IMG/VR virus record: IMGVR_UViG_3300009182_000042
Location: 1-64,000 of that record
Strand: one strand, 5' to 3'
Source: a virus
DNA: 64,000 nucleotides
Shown: positions 48,001 to 57,643 of the stretch, in pieces
How the letters are laid out: every line of letters begins with the position of its first letter
Position numbering within the stretch: position 1 is the stretch's first letter
The notes under the pieces: generated by a model
Databases searched by the model: none
What the model saw: the letters and a program-made list of their open reading frames with translations, nothing else
Told to the model about the DNA's origin: nothing
Program-made: the position numbers and the translations under genes

Positions 48001-48441
48001 AATGCCGGACAGCGCGACACATTGTCAGCGGTACATGTGAACCCAATCACATATATTGGCGGTGTTGGTTTAGTAGCATACGGACAAAAGACTCGACAAC
48101 TGGTAGCTAGTTCGTTGGATCGTATCAACGTGGCACGTTTGGTAATTTACTTGCGTTATCAACTGAACACAATTTCCAAGCCGTTTATATTTGAACCCAA
48201 CGATACGATTACTCGTAACACAATTAAACAACAGATTGAAAAACTATTGCTTAACCTAACAGCAGAACGTGCTCTATATGACTTCTTAGTTGTATGTGAC
48301 AGTTCAAACAACACACCAAGCAGAATTGATGCTAATGAGCTACATGTAGATATAGCCATTGAACCAGTTAAAGCTGTGGAATTCATCTATATTCCACTAC
48401 GTTTAGAAAATACTGGCGCAATCAAAGGTCTGAGCAAATAA
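45073..48441 (+). CDS. gp18: Contractile tail sheath protein (gp18-like), enlarged
   Basis: SPGVSVTVVDES N-terminus; PWFAPAGVRRG, DRINVARL, FEPND, IEPVKAVEFI C-terminus. Confidence 0.95.
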   Translation: MAILQSPGVSVTVVDESFYTPAAPGTVPLIVIATESNKQNAAGTGIAPGTLAANAGTVYLLTSQMDLGATFGIPMFQTDAENNPVHASEVNEYGLQAAYSFLGVSNQAYVVRANVDLGQLTGSGTIPAGSPVDGTYWWDTATTSFGVFQYSAGGDPSNTAFYVKTVNTITNVAYTTGSGTYSPLGSYGQAGDYAVVALGSTLPTNTLWFKKYNTLSDGTAGSTAGNNVSWVAVGSTAWTSGWPTAIGTVAGVSFITSDTLVINGYTVTGATTYGGLVTAIGSNVTGVTASIQNGLLNLYSTGVDIVISGTLTSGAKTIIAPGTYKAPALSISPHYTVPQYSTYLNSSTVAGYPTGSLWIKTTTVNQGANWDIEKYNATTSTWIRQTVSQLYANNQSAMAALDVSGGGINIPVGQVYIKFNDTEASPTQANFKIYQRQVTGATVTTSAIITSGTLTSGSNTFQITSSQTGSSSLPSLVTVTFTAAGTTADANTLASAINAQTVGLVNIKASVTSSNQVTLQHIYGGDIRLVDGTNTPITKLFNITTSANFDPDPTSNGSDGKFIVTAWNWVNGSNVSLVTPSATAPTTNPTNGTLWYNTNIDVDIMVNDGTRWRGYLTSEGKAVVNPGVGFASGTTSTDPNGPIISATEPTVRSDGLGLNHGDIWVSTADLSKFPTIYKYNFLTKKWRLIDVTDQTGSLGMLFADARWSDNSANSGVSTGAGTPGTIVSLSASNYVDFDAPDPTVYPKGILLYNLRRSGFNVKKYVTGYVNTNAYNTRVTGSPLMTNYNPDRWVTNSPNSYKGVGQFGANAQRAVVVQALNALIQSNDQIRDEDSRVFNLLSCPGYLETTPALVGLNTDRGLLSFIVADAPAHLTPDATSLSNWGNNVNKATVDGPDGLIENHAYSAVYYPWGYTTDLMGNNIVVPPSHIMLRTIALSDNVSYPWFAPAGVRRGGVTNASSVGYVNAATGEFETVALNAGQRDTLSAVHVNPITYIGGVGLVAYGQKTRQLVASSLDRINVARLVIYLRYQLNTISKPFIFEPNDTITRNTIKQQIEKLLLNLTAERALYDFLVVCDSSNNTPSRIDANELHVDIAIEPVKAVEFIYIPLRLENTGAIKGLSK

Positions 48442-48453
48442 TAGGAGATTATA

Positions 48454-49086
48454 ATGGCAATTGCGGCACTATCAAACTTTACGGTACCACTAGCTTCGGA
48501 TCAAAGCGCAAGTTCACAGGGCATGTTGATGCCCAAGTTGAAATATCGTTTTAGAATTTCATTTGAAAACTTCGGAGTAAGTACACCAACAACAGAATTG
48601 ACCAAACAGGTTGCAGAAGCGGCTCGTCCAAAAGTTGAATTTGAAAATCAAACCATTGACATTTACAACAGCAAAGTATACTTTGCCGGTAAACCCAAGT
48701 GGAGTCCAATCGCAATCAAATTGCGTGACGATGTAACCAATGCTGTTAGCAAATTGGTTGGTGAACAGAATCAGAAACAGTTTGACTTCTTTGAACAGAG
48801 TTCAGCGGCTTCAGCTGGTGATTACAAGTTTACCATGCGTATTGAAATCCTAGACGGTGGCAACGGCACCAGCACTCCTAACGTTCTTGAAACTTGGATC
48901 TGTTATGGTTGCTATATCCAGAGCACCAACTGGAACGATTTGAAGTATAGCGAGCAAGGTCCAGTATTGATTGATTTGAGCATTCAATTTGACAATGCTG
49001 TACAAGCACCAAGCGAATTGGCTATCGGTAGTCCAACATCAGTTCAGACTAATCGCGGCAATAACACCAACGCATTGGGCGGTTAA
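48454..49086 (+). CDS. gp19: Tail tube protein (gp19-like)
   Basis: Follows the sheath gene; PKLKYRFR, YFAGKPKW, IQFDNA. Confidence 0.85.
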   Translation: MAIAALSNFTVPLASDQSASSQGMLMPKLKYRFRISFENFGVSTPTTELTKQVAEAARPKVEFENQTIDIYNSKVYFAGKPKWSPIAIKLRDDVTNAVSKLVGEQNQKQFDFFEQSSAASAGDYKFTMRIEILDGGNGTSTPNVLETWICYGCYIQSTNWNDLKYSEQGPVLIDLSIQFDNAVQAPSELAIGSPTSVQTNRGNNTNALGG

Positions 49087-49094
49087 TATTTAAT

Positions 49095-49117
49095 AAGCCT
49101 ACGAAAGTAGGCTTTTT
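49095..49117 (+). terminator. Intrinsic terminator
   Basis: AAGCCTAC-GAAA-GTAGGCTT followed by TTT. Confidence 0.85.
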
Positions 49118-49165
49118 AATGGTTGCTCATTAACTACGTACTTTATATATTAAATAAATAATAGT

Positions 49166-50140
49166 ATGTCCTTCACCTCTAACCCCAATTTAAAACATGA
49201 TCCTGCACTTAATTTCCGAGATCAGCGCCATGCCAGTAGGCTGTTTACAGCAGATCAGTTTAGGCTTGCACCCAAACAAAATTTCCTATTTCATGTGGCA
49301 TTTGGCATCAACAAGGCGGCACTGATAAATTCAGAACTGGTACAGCGATACGGCAATGAAATTAACATGCTGGTGAAGAGTGCAGACTTACCAAACATCA
49401 CACTAAAAGTAGATACTGTGCATCAGTACAACAGAAAAAAGAATGTGCAATACATAAGTGAATTTACAGATTTGAGTATCAAGTTCCATGACGACAATAT
49501 GGGATTGATTAATCATCTTTGGCAAAATTACTACACTTACTATTATGCAGATCCGAGATCTGCCACAGTCAATGGATCATACACTAGAAATGCTACAAAA
49601 AACAGTAATTTTATTCCAACAGCATACGGCTTGGATAATAAAAGCACACGACCATTCTTTGATTACATAAAAATATATCAAATGGCTCGCCATGAATATG
49701 TTGAATATTTTTTGCATAATCCAATCATTACCAACTGGAATCACAACAAACTGGATTACAGTCAGGGTAATACTCCGCATGATTTTGATATGAAAATAAA
49801 ATACGAAGCAGTGAGCTATAGTCAAGGCAGTGTTAACGCTCAAAACGATGCTCCTGAAGGATTTGGCCAAACACATTATGATTTCACGCCCAGTCCGCTA
49901 AGTGGCATCAATCCTGATCCCAGTACAATAAGTCCCAGCTTTGTAGCGGCATTGGATATTGAAACTATTGCTCCTGGAATTATTAACAATGTGATAAAGC
50001 AAATCAATACAGCACAGAACACAAAACAATCTTCAGCACCGCCATCAGCTAATCTAACAACTTCAGCCAATACTCAAAGCACTGGCGGATTGCAAGGATA
50101 TGCATTTCCGCAAAGTAGTAATACAAACAAGGCCACATAA
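49166..50140 (+). CDS. Tail-tube-like baseplate protein (gp48/gp54-like)
   Basis: Tube-fold pattern LVKSADLP...QYNRK...IKFHDD...NPII..W.H..LDY; TAAATA at 49155-49160. Confidence 0.68.
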   Translation: MSFTSNPNLKHDPALNFRDQRHASRLFTADQFRLAPKQNFLFHVAFGINKAALINSELVQRYGNEINMLVKSADLPNITLKVDTVHQYNRKKNVQYISEFTDLSIKFHDDNMGLINHLWQNYYTYYYADPRSATVNGSYTRNATKNSNFIPTAYGLDNKSTRPFFDYIKIYQMARHEYVEYFLHNPIITNWNHNKLDYSQGNTPHDFDMKIKYEAVSYSQGSVNAQNDAPEGFGQTHYDFTPSPLSGINPDPSTISPSFVAALDIETIAPGIINNVIKQINTAQNTKQSSAPPSANLTTSANTQSTGGLQGYAFPQSSNTNKAT

Positions 50141-50505
50141 TGATGATTAATAACTTACCTAATACTACTAACGGTCCAGTTGCAGTCAAACAGTTTTTTG
50201 ACAATTATTTTACAGGGACCGTTACATTTCCTGCAAATCAGATTGATGCCACCACTGCATTCTTTACCAAACGAGGATTTGATAAAGTCAGCGCCGCAAG
50301 CACTGCAATTATTTTACTTAACCAAGCCAAAGCAGAAAGTGTCAGTGTGTTCACATTGTTAGACAAGTTTAAAAGTCTTACCGATGTACAACTCAATCAA
50401 ATTATTGTACAAGTGTTGAACGCATACAGAGAAAAAACCAGTTTACTAGGTTATAGAACTGCCATGCAAACTGATACATTTGAAGCTCGTAATATTTTAG
50501 TGTAA
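50140..50505 (+). CDS. Hypothetical protein
   Basis: 121-aa ORF overlapping both neighbours by TAATG. Confidence 0.65.
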   Translation: MMINNLPNTTNGPVAVKQFFDNYFTGTVTFPANQIDATTAFFTKRGFDKVSAASTAIILLNQAKAESVSVFTLLDKFKSLTDVQLNQIIVQVLNAYREKTSLLGYRTAMQTDTFEARNILV

Positions 50506-50933
50506 TGGCCAGCAAATTTGCACGTGGTAAGTTTACCATGACAACTCCTGAAAAATATGTAGGTACCAAGATGCCCACATATCGCAGTAGTTGGGAACTC
50601 ACATTCATGAGATTCTGCGATACAAATCCCAGTATCTTAAAATGGGCCAGCGAAGCAATACAAATTCCCTACAAAGATCCCTTGACTGGCAAGAGCACAG
50701 TGTATGTGCCTGATTTTTTTATACAGTACGTGGACAAGCAAGGACGCATGCTGACAGAACTGATAGAAATAAAACCCAGCAGTCAGCAGATACTGGAGCG
50801 GGTGGGCAAGAACAAATTCAATCAAATGCAGTTTGTCAAGAATCAAGCCAAATGGGCTGCCGCTGGTGCCTGGTGCAAACAGCAAGGATTGCGATTCAGA
50901 ATACTGAATGAAAATGATATATTCCATGTTTGA
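50505..50933 (+). CDS. gp4: Head completion nuclease (T4 gp4-like, TnsA-like fold)
   Basis: YRSSWE..FM.FCD.NP.I.KW.SE...IPY, YVPDF, IEIKP, NQAKW.AA. Confidence 0.9.
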   Translation: MASKFARGKFTMTTPEKYVGTKMPTYRSSWELTFMRFCDTNPSILKWASEAIQIPYKDPLTGKSTVYVPDFFIQYVDKQGRMLTELIEIKPSSQQILERVGKNKFNQMQFVKNQAKWAAAGAWCKQQGLRFRILNENDIFHV

Positions 50934-50950
50934 TCTGGATAAGTAATTGT

Positions 50951-51433
50951 ATGACTAAAAAACTAGAGGAAGTGTTGAATCTTCCAGAAAACAAAAAGAT
51001 CATCAAGGACGAAGAAAAGCGTCAAGTAAAAGCTGAAGTTGCACAGCCATTTCTTCGTGATATGCAAGAGTTTGATAAAATATCAGCCGCACTACCGCAA
51101 GTCAAAGGCTTGGGCGATTTGGGCGATAGCGAACTGGATGCCTTGGCACAAAAAGCTCAGGACGCTTATGAAGACATAATGGATCTTGGTATGAATGTGG
51201 AAGCCAGATACAGCGGCAGATTGTTTGAAGTGGCTGCCAGCATGCTGGGTCATGCTATACAAGCCAAAACTGCCAAACTGGATAAGAAATTAAAAATGGT
51301 TGATTTACAGCTGAAAAAGCAGAAAATTGACCAAGACGCTATGGGCATCGACGACAGTGTGACACTTCAGGGCGAAGGTGTAATTGTTACAGATCGCAAT
51401 AGCCTATTAGAAAAATTAAAGAATTTAAAATAA
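50951..51433 (+). CDS. Hypothetical protein, possible terminase small subunit
   Basis: Helical, R.FEVAA.ML and DRNSLL motifs, near the terminase gene. ATG 50951 preferred (TAAGTA 5 nt upstream). Confidence 0.5.
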   Translation: MTKKLEEVLNLPENKKIIKDEEKRQVKAEVAQPFLRDMQEFDKISAALPQVKGLGDLGDSELDALAQKAQDAYEDIMDLGMNVEARYSGRLFEVAASMLGHAIQAKTAKLDKKLKMVDLQLKKQKIDQDAMGIDDSVTLQGEGVIVTDRNSLLEKLKNLK

Positions 51434-51454
51434 ATACATGACTAGGATCCTAAC

Positions 51455-52087
51455 ATGAAATCATTTACCGAATACTTAACAGAGAGTAAAAAAGTTTACC
51501 AATTCAAGGTAAAAATTGCTGGCGAACACCCCAACAATGCAGTTGAACAACTTAAAGGGTCTTTGGACCAATTCCATGTTAGTAGCGTTAGCAAAGGCGG
51601 CACTACACCAATTCAAGAACGTCACAGTGAATTTCCAGAGCATGCTAACATCGGTATGACCATTTATGACGTGACTACAGATTATCCAGCAACTGCCATG
51701 CAAATTCGTGATATGGTTGCAACTGGACTAGGTATTACACACAGCCACGTGGTTGTGCGTAACATGGCAGAAGAACGTGAATACGAAATTAATCACGAAC
51801 ATGATGATCGCACACATACTGCCTTAGTGGGTACAACACAATCACCTAGCAATCATGGCGACATGATCAACGACACATACAAATATAATTTGCTTAAAGA
51901 ACTAGGCAAAGAAAAACATTCCATGACGCAGGTCAAAGGATTTAATGACCAAATTTTAGCCAAGAGTGCTCCGGGGCCGGCTAAAGAATATGGCAAGAAC
52001 AAAACAACAACTAAAAAATCTGGGACTATAAGTGCTATTGGCACCAAACAGAATAAAATCCCTGATCCAATGAAGGGAGCAAAATAA
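51455..52087 (+). CDS. Hypothetical protein, probable internal head protein
   Basis: MKSFTEYLTES resembles the T4 capsid-targeting sequence (MKTYQEFIAE-type); TAAATA at 51431-51436. Confidence 0.65.
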   Translation: MKSFTEYLTESKKVYQFKVKIAGEHPNNAVEQLKGSLDQFHVSSVSKGGTTPIQERHSEFPEHANIGMTIYDVTTDYPATAMQIRDMVATGLGITHSHVVVRNMAEEREYEINHEHDDRTHTALVGTTQSPSNHGDMINDTYKYNLLKELGKEKHSMTQVKGFNDQILAKSAPGPAKEYGKNKTTTKKSGTISAIGTKQNKIPDPMKGAK

Positions 52088-53172
52088 TGCAGTTATACGA
52101 TTTGATAGCAAAATTAAAAACAATTGAAGAAGATACTGCTAGTATCGGCGGAACTACAGTTCAGGATCCAAGAAATCCAGATATGATTACTTGGACCGAT
52201 CTATTACAAAAGGGAATGTCCAACCAGATGATTCAAGCCAAATACCCAGGTTTAGATCCTAAACAAGGTTTAGTTTCTATTTGGCGACTACAGCAACAAG
52301 TTAATAAAACATATCCAGATATTAAATTTCGTCGTACCGACGGGAGTGTGGGGTTTGATGGCCGCAATGGTCCAGATACGATTGCACAATTTGAAAAAGC
52401 TCTCAAGTACGAAGAGATGAAAAAACAACAAGCCGGCGACACGCTGGCCGCACAAACTCCAGACAATTATAATAGCGGCTATAATTTAGTTGACAACTTA
52501 AAAAAATGGGTAAGTGCAAATGTCATTGCTCCAATAACTGGTGCTAGCGATGCATATAATGATGCGTCTAGGCGTGTTCCACACCCGCAGACTGCCAATA
52601 ATTCACCTATGGAAAGTATTCATAGTTTAGCAGAAAAAATGCGTAGATTAGATGAAGGTTTGGAAATTATGCCTATGATGCCAGGACATTCAGACCATCA
52701 ACCCGACAATGTGTCCATGAGTATCAATGTCAACGGTCAAGGCGAAGGCGGCATCCGTAGCATTATGAATATTCTACGCGACATAGAAGGCAATAACAGT
52801 CACGGCGCACCAAGTCACGAACATGATCCAAAAGAGCCGCTAATTGGCGACATGGTAAAAGACATGCACGATGATATTGATAATGATAACGGCGAAGAAA
52901 GTCCACTATCAGATGCTCCAGAAGAAGAAATGGAAGAAGGTAACGAGAATGACGATGCAGAAATATGGGCAAATAGTGCTCACGGTGATGCGGGGCATCA
53001 TACGCACGGAGTTGATGCAGTCACATTCAGCGGTGATGACATGAACAGCAAAGGTAAGATTAGTCCAGTAAGTCGCGCACCAGGTACCAACCCATTACGT
53101 GAACCAAGTAATTTTGATGAATCATTAGTTCGTAGATTGCAAGAGCACTACGAACAAATTAAAAACAATTAA
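52087..53172 (+). CDS. Hypothetical acidic/His-rich protein, probable internal head protein
   Basis: Several hydrophobic-x-E sites (PMES, LDEG, FDES); a DG..GPDT segment. Confidence 0.6.
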   Translation: MQLYDLIAKLKTIEEDTASIGGTTVQDPRNPDMITWTDLLQKGMSNQMIQAKYPGLDPKQGLVSIWRLQQQVNKTYPDIKFRRTDGSVGFDGRNGPDTIAQFEKALKYEEMKKQQAGDTLAAQTPDNYNSGYNLVDNLKKWVSANVIAPITGASDAYNDASRRVPHPQTANNSPMESIHSLAEKMRRLDEGLEIMPMMPGHSDHQPDNVSMSINVNGQGEGGIRSIMNILRDIEGNNSHGAPSHEHDPKEPLIGDMVKDMHDDIDNDNGEESPLSDAPEEEMEEGNENDDAEIWANSAHGDAGHHTHGVDAVTFSGDDMNSKGKISPVSRAPGTNPLREPSNFDESLVRRLQEHYEQIKNN

Positions 53173-53206
53173 GTTTCGTCGCAGTTAGCACTCTGTAACC
53201 AGTGCC

Positions 53207-53234
53207 AAATAGACCCTCCGGGGTCTATTTTTTT
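53207..53234 (+). terminator. Intrinsic terminator
   Basis: AAATAGACCC-TCCG-GGGTCTATTT followed by TTTT. Confidence 0.88.
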
Positions 53235-53248
53235 GATTAAATAAACAT

Positions 53249-54853
53249 ATGGCCAAATCACTAGACGGCGTCTTAACCAAAAAGGCGCACAGCAAAGAAA
53301 AGTTCACGGAAGAACAAGTACAGCATTTGCTGGCATGTTCTGACCCTAAGAATGGGTATGCGCACTTTGCTAGAAACTTCTTTCACATACAGCATCCTGT
53401 CAAAGGCAAGATGATGTTCCAACCGTTTGAATATCAAGATAGACTACTGCAAAGTTATCACAATTTTAGATTCAACATAAACATGTTACCACGTCAAAGT
53501 GGCAAGACCACTTGTGCGTCAGCATACTTGCTTTGGTTTGCCATGTTCCATCCGGATCAGACCATTCTGGTGGCTGCACACAAGTACACAGGCTCGCAGG
53601 AAATTATGCAACGTATCCGTTATGGATATGAATTGTGCCCAGATTTTTTAAGGGCAGGAGTTGTGAGTTATAACAAAGGGAGTATAGATTTTGACAACGG
53701 ATCACGAATTGTATCAGCTACTACTACTGGTAATACCGGTCGTGGTATGTCCATATCCTTATTATATTGCGATGAGTTTGCTTTCGTACAGCCTAACATT
53801 GCTACGGAATTTTGGACCTCAATATCACCAACCCTGGCAACTGGCGGACGAGCAATCATTACTTCAACACCCAACAGTGACGAAGACGAATTTGCCATCA
53901 TCTGGAAAGAAAGTCAAAACCTCTTAGACGAATATGGCAACGAACGCACGGACGGCCTGGGACTTAATGGGTTCCACGGGTTTCGTGCAGAATGGCACGA
54001 ACATCCAGATCGAGATGATGCATGGAAAGCAGTTGAGATGGGCCGTATTGGAGAAGAACGTTTCCGTCGTGAGTATGGATGCGAATTTTTAGTTTATGAC
54101 GAAACATTGATCAGTAGTCTCAAACTAGCAGAAATGTTAGGTAAAGAACCTGCGTTCAAAATGGGCCAAGTGCGCTGGTACAAGAAACCCACATCTGGCA
54201 ATGTGTATTTGTGTGCGTTAGATCCCAGTTTAGGAACAGGCGGCGATTACGGTGCTATTGAGGTATTTGAAATGCCCAGCTTTGTGCAGGTAGCCGAGTG
54301 GCAACACAACATCACACCCATCCAAGGGCAAGTTAAGATATTTAGAGATATCTTAAAATACATACAAGATGAAATTGGCGGCATAGAAAGTTTTGATCAG
54401 ATCTACTGGAGTGTAGAAAATAACACTGTAGGCGAAAGTGCGTTGGTAGTTATTGATAATCTAGGAGAAGAAACATTTCCTGGTATATTTTTAAGCGAAC
54501 CCATACGCAAAGGCAATGTGCGCAAATTCCGCAAGGGTTTTAACACCACATTTGGCAACAAGATCAGCAGTTGTGCCAAGGTGAAATTCCTTATAGAAGA
54601 GGAAAAAATGGTGATAAACAGTCGCAGTCTGATCAGTGAACTAAAGACTTATGTTGCGGCAGGCACCAGCTTCAAGGCCAAAATTGGCGAACACGACGAC
54701 TTGGTAGCGGCACTGCTTCTAGTGGTACGTATGGGTAATGTGCTGGCAGAATGGGATCCGGAAGTGTTTGAACACTTAAAGGTAACTAGCGACTGGGAAT
54801 CAGATCCTGATTTTGAGCCGCCATTGCCTATATTCATATCAACCGGTCTGTGA
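53249..54853 (+). CDS. gp17: Terminase large subunit (gp17-like)
   Basis: PRQSGKTT Walker A, LLYCDEFAF Walker B, ITSTPN, ALDPS.G.GGD and HDDLV nuclease motifs. Confidence 0.96.
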   Translation: MAKSLDGVLTKKAHSKEKFTEEQVQHLLACSDPKNGYAHFARNFFHIQHPVKGKMMFQPFEYQDRLLQSYHNFRFNINMLPRQSGKTTCASAYLLWFAMFHPDQTILVAAHKYTGSQEIMQRIRYGYELCPDFLRAGVVSYNKGSIDFDNGSRIVSATTTGNTGRGMSISLLYCDEFAFVQPNIATEFWTSISPTLATGGRAIITSTPNSDEDEFAIIWKESQNLLDEYGNERTDGLGLNGFHGFRAEWHEHPDRDDAWKAVEMGRIGEERFRREYGCEFLVYDETLISSLKLAEMLGKEPAFKMGQVRWYKKPTSGNVYLCALDPSLGTGGDYGAIEVFEMPSFVQVAEWQHNITPIQGQVKIFRDILKYIQDEIGGIESFDQIYWSVENNTVGESALVVIDNLGEETFPGIFLSEPIRKGNVRKFRKGFNTTFGNKISSCAKVKFLIEEEKMVINSRSLISELKTYVAAGTSFKAKIGEHDDLVAALLLVVRMGNVLAEWDPEVFEHLKVTSDWESDPDFEPPLPIFISTGL

Positions 54854-54863
54854 TAAATATATC

Positions 54864-57632
54864 ATGAACATCAACTTGAATAGAATTGCCAAGGATCTGT
54901 ACGGTAAGATCGAAACACGATTTAGCGACATCAAAATCGGTGATGAAAATGCCGAAGTTTTAAGTAAAAAGACAGATATTCCCGAAGCACGTTTCTTTGA
55001 GTTTGAGTACAAGCACAATGGTGTTCCTTTAGGCACAATTACAATTACACTGGATGAAGATGACGGTGTAGTTGTACAAATCAGCGGAAACTTAGCTGAG
55101 AAGAAACACCCAGGCGCTTTTAAATTTATTCGTGGTCTACGACAATTTGCTAAAGACAGATTACTGAACTTTGATGTACAAAACATCGGCAAAGATAATT
55201 TAGACAAACGTGATTATGAATTTCAAGCCAAACCCAAGGAAGAAACGATGGACCCGATTATGGAAAGTAAACTATATGGTACTAATAAAATAAGTTACCA
55301 AGATTTAGGAGAAGCTAGACTAGTAATCAAACACAGTCAGCCTGTTAACCTTGATCTAGCCGCTGGCCGTACAATGCATATCGAAGGCATTTACATTGAA
55401 AATACAGAAGGCGAACGTTTCCGTTATCCATACAAACATCTTAATGGCGCTCGCGCACTAGCAGAACATATCAAACACGGTGGCAATCCTTATGATGCTA
55501 TTGGTAAACATATTTGCGGACTGAGTGAAGAACTGGCACAACTGCGCAAGTTCAAAGGATATGTTGGTCGCAATGAAGCATTATCAGAAGCAATGGGCGA
55601 CATTACTAGTAAAGTATTTGAACGTATTGAACAAGTTAAAAAAGAAGTCAACATGCTACAACGTAGCAGTTATTACGAACAATTTGCAGAGTCATTTGAA
55701 GATCGTGAAGAACAAATGATTCCAGAAGATATCATGAGTGACTGGATTGATCGATTGACAATCCGCACATTTAATGAAGAATTAAAAACAGCGTTTCCTT
55801 ACATCTTTAAACTGGTAAGTGAAACTGATATTCCAGTCAAAAACATATCGCCTGATGAAATGTTAGACGAACTGCGCTCAGAAGAAAAAGACAAAGACGG
55901 CAAAGTGATTCGTTGGAAGGAAGAAGGCGAGTGGAAAAAATCTGAAAAGAAAGATCCTAAAGGTAAGATTTTTAACCTAAGCGACAAAGCTCGTCGCGAA
56001 ACAGAAAAGATGTCTAAAGAAGTTTCTGAAGGCGGCTGGACCTTACCACCGGCAGACGCTAGCCCAGAAGAAGCAGATGCTATAATGAAAAAGAATCAAG
56101 CTAGTCAAGATTATATTAATAAAACTGTTAGCCAAAATATGAATCAAAAAGATTTAGGCGATGGATTTATGTTAACCTCTATTGATGCATTTGGTGAACA
56201 ACGCTCTGCCATCTTAGATACCCAAAGCAATACATATTTTATACTCAATTTAACTAAAGATGGTTCGGCTATTGCTAGGACTCCTGCGACTTATCTTACT
56301 ATAAAAGATGGAAAAACAGGATCAAGCATGGGTGGGCCTAAAACTAATGCGGCATTTGAAAAAGCAGGGTTGACTCGAGCGAAGCCAACTCCACCAACAC
56401 AACCAGCCGCACCGACATTGGAAGATCAGTTTGAAAGTTTCTTGGATGGCATTGTCAACGAAGACGAAAGTGATCAAGAAGGCCATAACACATTGTTCAG
56501 TAAAGATGTAAGTGTACGAACACAAGCTATTGAAAATTTAAAAGATGCGTTAGGCAATGAAATGCTCACTGTGCAAACAGCACCAGACGAATTAAAATCC
56601 TTGTTGCCCATGGATCAATTTCAAGAATATCTAGAAGATCAGGATCAGGATGCCGGCCCAGAAGTGGTCAAGAGTCTTGTGGTGAATTACTTGAACGATT
56701 TGTCAGACGGCAAACTTGACAATCCGTTGCTGGGTCACAACGCCGCAGAAATCGCATCCATGATCATTGATCAAGTGAAACTTACTGACGTTGACAAAGA
56801 TCTACCACAGGATCTACCACCAGCAGATGCCGGCACACCTGCTCCACCCGCACCAGCACCGGACATGGGTGCAATGCCTCCACCAGCACCGGACATGGGT
56901 GCAATGCCTCCACCAGCACCGGACATGGGTGCAATGCCTCCACCAGCACCAGGAGCACCTCCTCCGTTACGCGAAGGGCAGTTGGCCAAGATGAAAGCCA
57001 AATTCATCCGTGCCAAGGAACAAGGTGCCACGTTGGAAACCACCATGGACTTTGGTGACAGAGAATTGACACTGCATGATGCCATGAAAGAGTGTGGAAT
57101 ACGACCACATGATGTGGGATTCAGCAACGGTGATGAAGGTGTACAAGAAATATTGCAAAGCATAAGCGGATTCTATAATAGAAATGTCACAGAAGGCAAT
57201 TTCACTATTGGCGGTACTAGAGTAAAGACCAAAATAATAAAAGCCTACAAGAATGGCGAATACGAACATGCTGATCCAGCAGACGTGAGAAAAGTATGCA
57301 AGTTAGTTGACAAACTGGATCCTCCCAGCAGTACAACGGGCGCATTATCACATATTAAAAAGCTGGCTGGGTTAAATAGTACTAGTTATAGTATGGCCGA
57401 AGATCCTGAAGAGTTCAATTTGGATACCATGTTGAAACAGTTAACCGCTTTACAGAACAATCCTCAGGCACAGGACCAGCTGGGACAACAGTTGAAACAA
57501 AAGTTCGCTACTGATATAGCGCCAAAGATGCAGGCACAGATGCCTAATCAAACAGTGGAATTTCCTGGAGGTCAGATGAACCCACAGGAAATGATGAAAG
57601 CTATCATGCAAAAAATTTCGCAGAGTCAATAA
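54864..57632 (+). CDS. Large hypothetical virion/internal protein
   Basis: ATG 54864 after TAAATA preferred over TTG 54813. Acidic, Pro-rich repeat, IKKLAGL motif. Confidence 0.7.
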   Translation: MNINLNRIAKDLYGKIETRFSDIKIGDENAEVLSKKTDIPEARFFEFEYKHNGVPLGTITITLDEDDGVVVQISGNLAEKKHPGAFKFIRGLRQFAKDRLLNFDVQNIGKDNLDKRDYEFQAKPKEETMDPIMESKLYGTNKISYQDLGEARLVIKHSQPVNLDLAAGRTMHIEGIYIENTEGERFRYPYKHLNGARALAEHIKHGGNPYDAIGKHICGLSEELAQLRKFKGYVGRNEALSEAMGDITSKVFERIEQVKKEVNMLQRSSYYEQFAESFEDREEQMIPEDIMSDWIDRLTIRTFNEELKTAFPYIFKLVSETDIPVKNISPDEMLDELRSEEKDKDGKVIRWKEEGEWKKSEKKDPKGKIFNLSDKARRETEKMSKEVSEGGWTLPPADASPEEADAIMKKNQASQDYINKTVSQNMNQKDLGDGFMLTSIDAFGEQRSAILDTQSNTYFILNLTKDGSAIARTPATYLTIKDGKTGSSMGGPKTNAAFEKAGLTRAKPTPPTQPAAPTLEDQFESFLDGIVNEDESDQEGHNTLFSKDVSVRTQAIENLKDALGNEMLTVQTAPDELKSLLPMDQFQEYLEDQDQDAGPEVVKSLVVNYLNDLSDGKLDNPLLGHNAAEIASMIIDQVKLTDVDKDLPQDLPPADAGTPAPPAPAPDMGAMPPPAPDMGAMPPPAPDMGAMPPPAPGAPPPLREGQLAKMKAKFIRAKEQGATLETTMDFGDRELTLHDAMKECGIRPHDVGFSNGDEGVQEILQSISGFYNRNVTEGNFTIGGTRVKTKIIKAYKNGEYEHADPADVRKVCKLVDKLDPPSSTTGALSHIKKLAGLNSTSYSMAEDPEEFNLDTMLKQLTALQNNPQAQDQLGQQLKQKFATDIAPKMQAQMPNQTVEFPGGQMNPQEMMKAIMQKISQSQ
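56851..56950 (+). repeat. 30-bp coding tandem repeat (3.3 copies)
   Basis: CACCAGCACCGGACATGGGTGCAATGCCTC x3 exact plus 10 nt; encodes PAPDMGAMPP. Confidence 0.95.
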
Positions 57633-57643
57633 GGAAAAGAATT

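Noticed and set aside
50505-50933. Tn7 TnsA transposase
   Set aside because: Motifs and context fit the T4 gp4 head-completion nuclease; no other Tn7 genes or ends.
56851-56950. 30-bp repeats as a CRISPR array
   Set aside because: Copies are contiguous, have no spacers and are in frame within a CDS.
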